Assembly (NCBI GenBank): GCA_964019335.1
Contig: OZ025688.1
Coordinates: 124,001-188,000 of the forward strand
DNA length: 64,000 nucleotides
Reading direction: 5' to 3'
Source: Diplonema japonicum
Taxonomy: Eukaryota > Protista > Euglenozoa: Diplonemea
This document shows, piece by piece, positions 33,504 to 42,018 of the stretch. The notes beneath the pieces are model-generated. The model was not told the origin of the DNA and did not search any database. It saw only the letters and a program-made list of their open reading frames with translations. The translations under genes and the position numbers were made by a program. Position 1 is the stretch's first letter. Every line of letters starts with the position of its first letter.

Positions 33504-34547
33504 ATGAACTTGTTGGTGAACATTGTGGTGCTAGTGTTGCTGGTATTAACAGTCTTGTCCACTGTGGTGGGGTGTTTCACAGGGCAGCAGGTTGCGTTGG
33601 CTGAGGTCGAAGAGAAGGGCCAAAACGGGTTCGACGATGTAATGCGAAAAGCAAAAAAGCTGAACGGAACCGTTTTCGTGACAATGGGAACTACGGGCGT
33701 AAAAGAAGGTGTGGGGAATGTTGTGGTGACAAGCAGGGACATCGGTGTTGAAGTGGTCGTCGTCATGTTAGACCGGGACGGGTTCAGGTGGTGCAAGGAA
33801 AACGGATTCACGTGTTTTTACTGGGAATGTCTGTGCCCTTATACAGGCGTTGCGCTGGGTTCTAAAGAGGGATACACCACATGCCTCATAGGGATCAGTA
33901 AATGCAAGACACAGCTCATGACAGCGATTCTGTCTCTTTCCTACAATATGTTTTTCATCGAACCGGACTCCGCGGCACGCAGAGACGCTTTAAACTACGT
34001 TTTGAACACCACACACCATGACATCATTGCTGCTTGTGAAGCATGTATTGGTTCGTGCGCACTGACGCCTCCACAAAAAGAGTTAATAGATACGTCTCAT
34101 TACAAACCCCCCACTGCAGGGTACTACCAGGTTAATATCGGGTTTTTTTGGGTTAGATCGACGGGGGGCACCATCGCCGCCATGCGGGAGACGGCGAGGC
34201 TGACGCAGATCTTCGTCGATAAGGGCACTGACTTCAAGTCCTTCGACCAAACTATCTTCAACAGAAAGATCATGGCCTCGGGGTTACCAACGTTGTGCGT
34301 CCCCACCGATACCAGCGGTCTGAACGTACGGCCTAAAACGAAAAAACCGATGATTTCACCGAAGGCGTGGGGGATCCACGCTGCACGGCTCGTCTCAAAG
34401 ACGGGTTTTTACAAAAAGGCGCTGCTTTACGTCAATGATTTATGGCGGTGGGAAAACGTGACGGAAGAATTCAAGAGAGACGTCGCCATGTGGAGCGCGG
34501 ACCCGTGGAGGTTGAAGAGAAACCTGACGAAAAGAGGTGCGATTTAA
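33504..34547 (+). CDS. Type II membrane nucleotide-diphospho-sugar transferase (GT77-like)
   Basis: N-terminal signal anchor; FFIEPDS (DxD-equivalent), NIGFFWVRST, DQTIFN, GIHA motifs. Confidence 0.7.
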   Translation: MNLLVNIVVLVLLVLTVLSTVVGCFTGQQVALAEVEEKGQNGFDDVMRKAKKLNGTVFVTMGTTGVKEGVGNVVVTSRDIGVEVVVVMLDRDGFRWCKENGFTCFYWECLCPYTGVALGSKEGYTTCLIGISKCKTQLMTAILSLSYNMFFIEPDSAARRDALNYVLNTTHHDIIAACEACIGSCALTPPQKELIDTSHYKPPTAGYYQVNIGFFWVRSTGGTIAAMRETARLTQIFVDKGTDFKSFDQTIFNRKIMASGLPTLCVPTDTSGLNVRPKTKKPMISPKAWGIHAARLVSKTGFYKKALLYVNDLWRWENVTEEFKRDVAMWSADPWRLKRNLTKRGAI

Positions 34548-34731
34548 AAAAAAAAAAATAAAAAAAATAAGTTTACACTTTTATTCTTCTTTTTTTTTTT
34601 TTTTTTTTGCATGAACAAGAAAAACAATATATTGATAATGAATTGTTATTGCTAAAAAGAGTAGTGGTAGCATTGTTGGGCTTATCCTTCTACAGGTTAA
34701 TCCCGGCTGTGCACAAACAACAATCAACCGA

Positions 34732-34773
<42 letters not shown>

Positions 34774-34774
<1 letters not shown>

Positions 34775-35072
34775 GCTTGGATTCACCGCAACCGCGCTTT
34801 GAATTGGGCAGCAGGTCGGACCGCGAAGCGACCCAGGTGTTGGCAACACCTCCCAAAGCGAGCTGGGGATGCATGCGCACTCTAGCTTACGGGCGAAAGA
34901 TAAATGTCCCCCTCCCCGGTCGTGAGGCCTATGGGTGTGGCACGCCAAGTCTGAAACGTTTAGCTCCCTTGAAGCTCACACCAGTGTGCGAGTTTAGCCC
35001 ATTTTTTGGCACGTTGGCGATGGCTGTGGTGGTCGTTGCAAGAGCGCCTATAGGTAGTATTGGACGATTCAG
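34774..35072 (+). ncRNA. Candidate ~300-nt structured RNA or SINE-like element (unassigned)
   Basis: GC-rich non-coding island. Helices CGCTTTG/CAAAGCG (34795-34801 / 34854-34860), GGTCG/CGACC, AGGTGTT/AACACCT (34835-34851) and CCTATGGGTGT/GCGCCTATAGG (34928-34938 / 35044-35054, three G-U pairs valid only on +). Confidence 0.4.
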
Positions 35073-35130
35073 TTAACATAATAGTTTTTTTTTTTTTTGC
35101 CATGGGATTTTTTCAAAAAAAAAAAATAGC

Positions 35131-35261
35131 TATTTACTGCCAACAAGTAATGACTTTACCGTTACCTCGAGGTTCCGCATTTTACCGTCGAGGGCCCACA
35201 CGGCCCGAGATAGTAAAATGCGGAACCGAGAGGTCGGTAAAGCATTACTTGGCGGTAGGTA
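35131..35261 (+). repeat. 131-nt imperfect palindrome / long hairpin
   Basis: GGTTCCGCATTTTAC (35171-35185) / GTAAAATGCGGAACC (35213-35227) perfect, plus AAGTAATG/CATTACTT, TTTACCG/CGGTAAA, GGGCC/GGCCC and TATTTACTGCC/GGCGGTAGGTA arms. Confidence 0.85.
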
Positions 35262-35266
35262 AGTGG

Positions 35267-35884
35267 TTTTATTTCACGACACTCAGAAATTACTTCACCA
35301 CGAGGGGCACAACAGGGTGACAAGGGGTACAACAAGAGAGGGGTTACAAAGGTTACAAGTTGTTTTCCCTCCTTTTGTTGACTAAGAGCTGCCGCTGTCG
35401 CTGGCATTGCCACTGTCACCATCTCTAATCAGGCCTTCCCATACCTGGCGCGGCCGCTGGCTCCTTTTTTTCTGCTGCTTCGGTATTTTGAAGTCTTTTG
35501 GGGTGCTTGGGTAAGCTGACTAAGTTACCCTTACCCACAGAAGAGTTACCCACAGAAACTGGGAACAAGGCCTAGCCAAAAGTGGGCAAATTGGGAGGAA
35601 AAAGTAGTCCAACTTGGAACTGAGCCGAGGCAAAAGTTGGCCAATTGAGCTGAACCTGGGGGGAAATAGCAAACTGAGAGGAAAAAGTAGCCCCACTGGG
35701 AACCGAACCGAGGCAAAAATTGGCCTACCGAGGCATATTATTTAACGGAAACCCCCTATTACTTCACGGAAAACAGGCCATTATTTCACCGTGAAGTAAT
35801 GAGATTTAGCGTGAAGTAATGAGATTTAGCGTGAAGTAATGGGCCCCCCAGTGCGTGAAGTAATTTCTGAAGAGTGAAATAAAA
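35267..35884. mobile_element. MITE/foldback-like element with ~40-bp imperfect TIRs and GTGAAGTAAT subterminal repeats
   Basis: Left TTTTATTTCAC..TCAGAAATTACTTCAC versus right GTGAAGTAATTTCTGA..GTGAAATAAAA. Tandem 20-mer CGTGAAGTAATGAGATTTAG at 35790-35829. Internal ~46-bp direct repeat AGGAAAAAGTAG...GAGGCAAAA.TTGGCC at about 35597 and 35679. Confidence 0.65.
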
Positions 35885-35916
35885 AAAAAAAAAAAAAAAA
35901 AAAAGGGAAAACAACC

Positions 35917-36441
35917 ATGGATCCTCCTACCCCTGAAGAAATAGGAAATGCTGGCTGGACCATTCTCCACACATCGGCCGCGGCCTACCCCGCTAAGCCG
36001 TCAAAGGATCAGATGAAGAGGATGTATGACTTTATCAATTCATGGAGCCACGTGTACCCATGTTCACATTGTTCAGCTCACATGAGATTGGAGATGCGGA
36101 AAGAACTTGGAGCCCCTGATGTGACGGGGAAGGAGGGGCTGAGTGTGTGGACATGCAAACTGCATAATAAAGTTAATGAAGTGCTTGGGAAAGAAATTTT
36201 CGATTGCAATTTCGAGAGCATTCTCAAGAGGTGGCACCCCACCTATCCCAATATCCAAGGTGCTGATCAAAAAGGCGGTTTTTCTGACCTCCCGCCCTTT
36301 GGGTCGCGTGCTTCCACTATGCCTCGGTCTTCTACGCCTTCTACTTCCACCCCTCTCGCTGAAGACCCTGATATGAAGGCTTTGATGGATATGACCTGTA
36401 CTGCCTTCTGCCCAAAGAACGAAAAGAACGGGTTTAATTAA
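35917..36441 (+). CDS. ERV1: Erv1/ALR FAD-dependent sulfhydryl oxidase, euglenozoan architecture
   Basis: EEIGNAGWTILH, YPCSHC (CxxC), WTCKLHNKVNEVLGK...C...RW; distal CTAFC (CxxxC) at the C-terminus and no N-terminal shuttle CxxC. Confidence 0.92.
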   Translation: MDPPTPEEIGNAGWTILHTSAAAYPAKPSKDQMKRMYDFINSWSHVYPCSHCSAHMRLEMRKELGAPDVTGKEGLSVWTCKLHNKVNEVLGKEIFDCNFESILKRWHPTYPNIQGADQKGGFSDLPPFGSRASTMPRSSTPSTSTPLAEDPDMKALMDMTCTAFCPKNEKNGFN

Positions 36442-36808
36442 ACAAAAAAAAGGGGGGGGTTTATTTCGGTTCCCCCCACCTTTTCTCCTGTGCCTCTCCT
36501 ATTATTTATTTATTCTTTCTTTTTTTTCCGTAGTGTCCCTCCCCCCCCCCCCCCCCCCCCCTACCTTAGAGCGTGATCGCAAAATGGGTTTTCTTCTTTT
36601 TTATTCTTCTCGTTCTTTCTTTTTTTTCTGTTCGGGGGGGGGGGGGGGGGAGATAAATAATCCACCCACACTCACAGTAATCTATTACACAAAAAAAAGG
36701 TGGGCAACGAAGAAGGAAAAAAAAAAGTGTAAAAAGGGGAGGGAATAGAGAGCAAGAAGTTTTTTTTTTAGAAGGGAAAAAAAAAAAAAAAAAAAAAAGC
36801 CCTCTGCA

Positions 36809-38398
36809 ATGCAACCGCTCCTGACAGGGAGCCACCATGGGGAAAGCGTGCTCAGCTCATCGTTGAAAAGCTTAGTGGCCGGGGACAATGTGAATAATGA
36901 AACATGGAGCTACGCCGCTCAAGGTATAAAAAAAAAACTTTTTTTTTTCTTTTCAAAAAAAAAAAAAAAAAAAAAAAGGACTCGTCAAAGCTGCCGATGT
37001 CGGAAGAAACACATGCGTTCAAATGAGACAGGACGTCTCCAAGGTGGACCACCAACTACAGCGATCGGTTAAGGAAAAAGCAGGCCAGGTTGAAGGCAGC
37101 CTGAAAATGAAAATGATGACGACGAAAGGCCTCCAAGACAGTATCCGCCGGCAACTGATGGCCATCGCCGGCTCCACCGACAGCCTCCAACACGCAATAG
37201 AGAAATCAGAAGAAGCAGTAATCTCACTACAAAAACCCCTCAAGGGAACCGCGTCACGGCAACATCTCCGAGGCACCAGAAACGAACGAGAAGGCTACTT
37301 TGAAGTCATCGATCAGCACCTAATTGACGAAGTCCAGCTTTTGAAAACCGGTGTTGATAATTTACAAAATCTACTGTCCCGTGGGAAAACGACATTGGAA
37401 GAATTGTTTTGCGTCACGCAGATTCTCGAAGCGGATCTGGAGGACAAAAATAAAGCTTACGAGCTGGATTTAAAATGTTTAACGACAAATCCAACGCAAA
37501 CAGCAACGCTTCCAATTGAAAAAAAAGAGTTGAACAAGGCTGTCAACGGTGGCGCGATGTCGACAAAGAGCGTTTTTCTCCCATCGATATGGAAGCACTC
37601 AACCGAGGCGTCGTTGGGGAAGGCGGTACAGGTTGACGCGGCGGCGAAACAACTTACAAAACTGATTTTAACAACAATTTCAGATATCAATAGGAACCAT
37701 GAGGAGAACAGACACAAAACGTTCACCGCGTTCCGTTCCAAGGTGAAGCAAGCAACAGTTCTTCGGCAGCAGATCTCTGGCAGGATCAGTGTTTTAACAA
37801 ACGAGCTGGAAAATTTGACCGTTCAGCGCGACCAATTGCGAAAATCATTGGAAGACAAACAAGCACCTTTATCTGTACTTCAGCAGCGCGTTGCAGTCCG
37901 CAAGCTTCGTCCAGCAAGGGAGGCCGTTCACGATGAGGTAGAGCAAGCAATGCAAAGCGAGCTCCAAGAACTGCTAAAATCGGTGAACGTCCTTAACGAC
38001 AAAGTCGACAGCATTGAGTCCGAAATGCGGAAGCTCAAGGCCAACAAAAAGTTCCTCTCTGTGGATCTCCGTGATAAAGACCGCACGCTTCGTGTAGACA
38101 AGAAATGCCTTGACCTTGTCGATGGTGTGACAACACCTGCCTCCTCCAACCCAGGCACCCCTCTGAGCTCGCTGACAAGTGCGTCCAACCATGCCTCTAG
38201 AAATCACCAGTACGCCTTACATATAATCAACTCCTTGAAGCCGAAATTACCCAAACCTCCTGATATTCAAAAACTAGCTAGAATGGTATGGTGGGTGGTG
38301 GTGGGGGGGGGAGGATATATAAAAAAAAACTTTTTTTGTTGTAGGGTAAACGTCAGTACCCCAAACCGAGCAGATCTATGACCGTGGGGACTGGTTGA
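36809..38398 (+). CDS. Tektin-family coiled-coil axonemal protein; introns 36924..36978 and 38286..38344
   Basis: Duplicated tektin signatures DLEDKNKAYELDLKC / DLRDKDRTLRVDKKC and RPAREAVHDEVEQAMQSE (RPNVELCRD-like). Exon 1 joins in frame via Q-G|G-LVK. Confidence 0.8.
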
Positions 38399-38513
38399 AG
38401 GGGGGAAAAAAAAATTGGAGGGTTTGGTTTTTTTTTTTTTTTTTTGTGAAATTTTTATTCCCTTTCCAGGGAATATTTGGCTTTTTCGTTGCAGGGGAGA
38501 GTTGCCTCTTTCT

Positions 38514-38546
<33 letters not shown>

Positions 38547-38562
38547 GGGCTGGTAATGTGGG

Positions 38563-38985
38563 TTGGAATTAATCAAAATAATCGCAATCAAAGATGGCTG
38601 GGGAACCTCCACATGGTGGCCCTGGGTCCCCTCCCCAGGGGGGGGAGCAAACTCCCCAGAAGGAGGCAGCATCATCATCATGGGTGCAGGTGGCGCGAAC
38701 GGCGAGGTCAGGGAAGCGGTGCAAGCGCAGAAGGTGACGGCGAAGGAATGGCCTTCTCGTCAGGTGCAGGAGGTGCAGGAGAAGTGGATGGACGAGGACG
38801 ACGACAACGACAGCAGCAGCAGCAGCAGCACGATCGTACTGCGAGCCATCTGGTGGAGAGCCGCATCCGAGGAGGACGGGTGGGTGAATGGATGGAACAG
38901 GAGGGCGATATTTGCATCACCGAAGACCAAGCATGACCTAGAGGCGTTGAAAGGACAATGGGCAAGAGTCATCATGTCTTTCTAA
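38563..38985 (+). pseudogene. Degenerate ORF fragment(s), possibly a transposon remnant
   Basis: GC-rich island with protein-like reading that switches frames (MAGEPPHGGPGSPPQ... then ...EKWMDEDDDNDSSS...); no family recognised. Confidence 0.25.
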
Positions 38986-39579
38986 CTTTTTTTTATTTTT
39001 TTATTTTTTTTTTTGACGATCTTTAGAGTTTATGAGGCGGCTATTATATTGAATGGAATTTGTTTTTCTTATATTTCTTGTACTCTATTTCTCTCTTCTC
39101 TTTTTTTTTTAAATGTCTCTTGTACTATTCTTCGAAAATATTATCCAGTTTCAAGGGCTCGCTGACTATCAGTAGATTTTCGCCCTTTCTTTCTCTTTCT
39201 CCGCTGAAGTGCCCAGAAAATGCTTTTTTTTTTTGTCACAAATATTTATCTTTCAAAAAAAAAAGATTTTATAACTATATGCAGGTTGTGCCGAGCAAAA
39301 AAAAAACTTTCGCATCTTCTTTTTTTTTTGCCCGTACGAACAACAAAGACATATAGTCGTAAAAAATTATTTCTTTTTTGTATTTTCTTCCCTTTTCTTC
39401 TCTGTGAGTTTTTATTTTTTTTATATCCCCCCTTTTTTTTCTTTTCCTTCTCTCTCTCATTCTTTTTTTTTATACCTCCTTTGCTGGGTTTCTTTATTAC
39501 ACGATTCTTTATTTTTTCTTGCCTTCTCTCCTTTATCCCCCCCCCCCCCCATGCACTGCAATATATTGCCAAAGGGACA

Positions 39580-41898
39580 ATGGATGATCCACCAGAAGAG
39601 CATGAAGCAGCAAAACCAAAGCCGTACAAAGGATGGAAGACGTTGAGGACAAAGGACAACATCGTGCAGGAGGTGCTTGCAGGAAAGGATCGCGCGCTGG
39701 AACAGGTCTTAACCCAAGTAGACGCATTGAGAAAGAAAGCGGTGCAAGAGTCCGCAGAGACCATGAAAGTGATCGCCAGACAAGAGAAAGCCATCGCAAA
39801 CCACGTGGCACAGATGGAAGAGGCAAAGCGCGAGGCCGCACGTTTCAGCGGCCTACTTGACACCGCAAGGCAGAACGAAGAGCTAGCCGCTCACGAGGGC
39901 TTTGTAGAAGCTCAGAAATCTCAAAGCGAAGTACACGCAGCCAACGAGCTTCTCCGAGCCCGCCTTGCCCGCATGGAATCCCGGTACCACGGCCTAACAG
40001 AAAAATACAAAAACTTCACCGTCGGTCTGTCCCAGGCAGTTGCCGAGCTTAAGTTCGTCGTCACGGGCATCAAAAATCTAGTTGACAACGAGATCAAAAG
40101 CATGCAGATATGGATCCGCACAAAGTGCCGCATGGTTCAGGACAAGGCACAGCTCCTCTGCATGGTGGACTGGTCCATCCCACCCGACCAGCGGGTTCTG
40201 GACTGCACTGCGTCTTCGTTGGTAGACACCGTCAACACCCTCCTCGAGACGTACCGCAGGGAGCAGCCCACTCACGTCATCGAGGTACCTCTTATCGACA
40301 AGCAAGCTGATGGCGAGCTGTACCAAGCATGCAACAAACGAGAAAAGTGTCTTCAAGCACAAGGGGCTTTTGGGCTCACACCTCCTCTCCTGCCCGATGA
40401 GCAGCAGCGTTACGATTGTTTCATGCAAAGCCTGCACCTCTTCACCACGGTTGGCAAACGGTGTCAGTTTCTCACCAGCGCCATCAACAGCGCACGGTCC
40501 TTCCATTCTTTGAAAGGAAAGACCATCGACATGGAAGACGCGGAAGCGTTGATCAGAAGGGACAACAACGAGCTGCTCCAATGGCTCAACACCCACGTCA
40601 GCAAGCAGATCGTAAGCATACGCACGGCACTGAGGTATGGCGACAAGCTCTTGATCGATGCTGTGGATGCCGACCAGCTTGGGGACCTAGCTTCGAGGGG
40701 GCAGGATGCCATTGACGAGCACACCGATGTTGTCTGCAAGCTGTTGGTGAAGAAGGCCGCTTTCAACACCAAACGGAGAAACCTTCTCGAAGGACGGAAA
40801 CCCCCGCGAACGGAACAGAGTTTTTTGGTATCGGCTGTCTCAATGTGTGTCCCATCCTCCCCCGCGAAGGGGGTAAGCTTCAGGATGCAAAACTCGGGTG
40901 AAAACTCGTTTAGAAGATCGCAAAAAATCCCGGCAAGGAAGCGTCGAAGAGCTATTGGAACGCAAACACCTGGCGTGGAGAGGTGCCACTGTGGGCTGAA
41001 ACTGTCGTGTGTAGAATGCACACAATCACACAGGCTGGAGATGCTGTACCCGAAGGCAGTGCTCACTGCGCTAACAGAAGCACGGAAAGAAATTTTAGGA
41101 TTGGAAGCCAAAAAACTGCATACTTTGAAAGAAAAAAACGCTGTGCTTGGCGCACTCATCGACTTGGTGTGCGACTCCGCAAAGGTGACGCATGAAGCTA
41201 ACATGAAGTTCAAACGGCAAGTTGTGGAAATGGTCTCGCTGAGCCCGAACGAAGGAGCAGAGGGAAAGACGTACAACCGCCCCATTGTCATCAAAGGCCT
41301 TGTGGATGAACAAGGTGTTCCAACAACCGCTGCACAGTTCATGTTGTCAAGCCCTACCACTGTGCCATTGCTTCAGGCGCAGCGGCGGAGAGAGATGTGC
41401 GGTGCGATGTCCCCCGAATTGGAAAAGCTTCCGTCCGCTCTTGATCTGATGCGGGAGCCTGGCTGCCCTGAGGCAAAACGTAACTGGGTGGAGATCCTCG
41501 AGGAACAGCCGCAGCGTCGCAAGAGGCCTCGTCAGCATTCTGTGAAAATCGAACCTGCAGAACAGGTGGAACCGACAGAACAACTTCCACACTCCCCAGC
41601 TGCCCCAATGCCAGCAATCGTCCACAAACATGCGTACAAGTCGGGTCTTATCGAGTCGCAGAAAAGAAAGCTTCTCAATGCTAGAAAGAAGAAAGGCGCG
41701 GATTATAAGCACAACGGTATTCTAGAGTCGCTAACCCCACGCCCCCCTCCCGCCCCTTCCGTCCAGCCCAGCTCTGTTGTCCTGTGGCAGGGTCAAGGAT
41801 TTCCATCCAAGACCGCCGGGGACATCAACCACAAGCTGAACGTTGCGAGCGAACGGAAACAACAGCACGCACCCCTGCGGTTCCCTTGTTTGGTTTGA
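39580..41898 (+). CDS. Uncharacterised ~770-aa protein (N-terminal coiled coil, CxC-CxxC motif)
   Basis: Long ORF starting MDDPPEE; RCHCGLKLSCVEC motif. Confidence 0.85.
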   Translation: MDDPPEEHEAAKPKPYKGWKTLRTKDNIVQEVLAGKDRALEQVLTQVDALRKKAVQESAETMKVIARQEKAIANHVAQMEEAKREAARFSGLLDTARQNEELAAHEGFVEAQKSQSEVHAANELLRARLARMESRYHGLTEKYKNFTVGLSQAVAELKFVVTGIKNLVDNEIKSMQIWIRTKCRMVQDKAQLLCMVDWSIPPDQRVLDCTASSLVDTVNTLLETYRREQPTHVIEVPLIDKQADGELYQACNKREKCLQAQGAFGLTPPLLPDEQQRYDCFMQSLHLFTTVGKRCQFLTSAINSARSFHSLKGKTIDMEDAEALIRRDNNELLQWLNTHVSKQIVSIRTALRYGDKLLIDAVDADQLGDLASRGQDAIDEHTDVVCKLLVKKAAFNTKRRNLLEGRKPPRTEQSFLVSAVSMCVPSSPAKGVSFRMQNSGENSFRRSQKIPARKRRRAIGTQTPGVERCHCGLKLSCVECTQSHRLEMLYPKAVLTALTEARKEILGLEAKKLHTLKEKNAVLGALIDLVCDSAKVTHEANMKFKRQVVEMVSLSPNEGAEGKTYNRPIVIKGLVDEQGVPTTAAQFMLSSPTTVPLLQAQRRREMCGAMSPELEKLPSALDLMREPGCPEAKRNWVEILEEQPQRRKRPRQHSVKIEPAEQVEPTEQLPHSPAAPMPAIVHKHAYKSGLIESQKRKLLNARKKKGADYKHNGILESLTPRPPPAPSVQPSSVVLWQGQGFPSKTAGDINHKLNVASERKQQHAPLRFPCLV

Positions 41899-42018
41899 AA
41901 GGAAAAAGAAGGGGGGGGAAAAAAGCTTTTTTCTTGTATGATTATTTATTTGCCTTTTTCGTTTCCTTTTTTTTTGTACCAACAGCAAAAGCACAAGAGG
42001 GTGGGACAAGAGGGTGGG

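Noticed and set aside
34808-34835. 7SL/SRP RNA call
   Set aside because: The helix-8-like motif has a 5-nt non-GNRA loop and lies at the 5' end of the island, with no Alu domain or helix 6 in the proper order.
35439-35470. U1 snRNA-like 5' end (CATACCTG, complementary to CAG/GTATG donors)
   Set aside because: Only an 8-nt match, inside a TIR element, with no recognisable U1-70K stem-loop or Sm-site architecture.
35790-35865. CRISPR-like repeat array
   Set aside because: Units are identical tandem 20-mers or 10-bp motifs without unique spacers; eukaryotic context and no cas genes.
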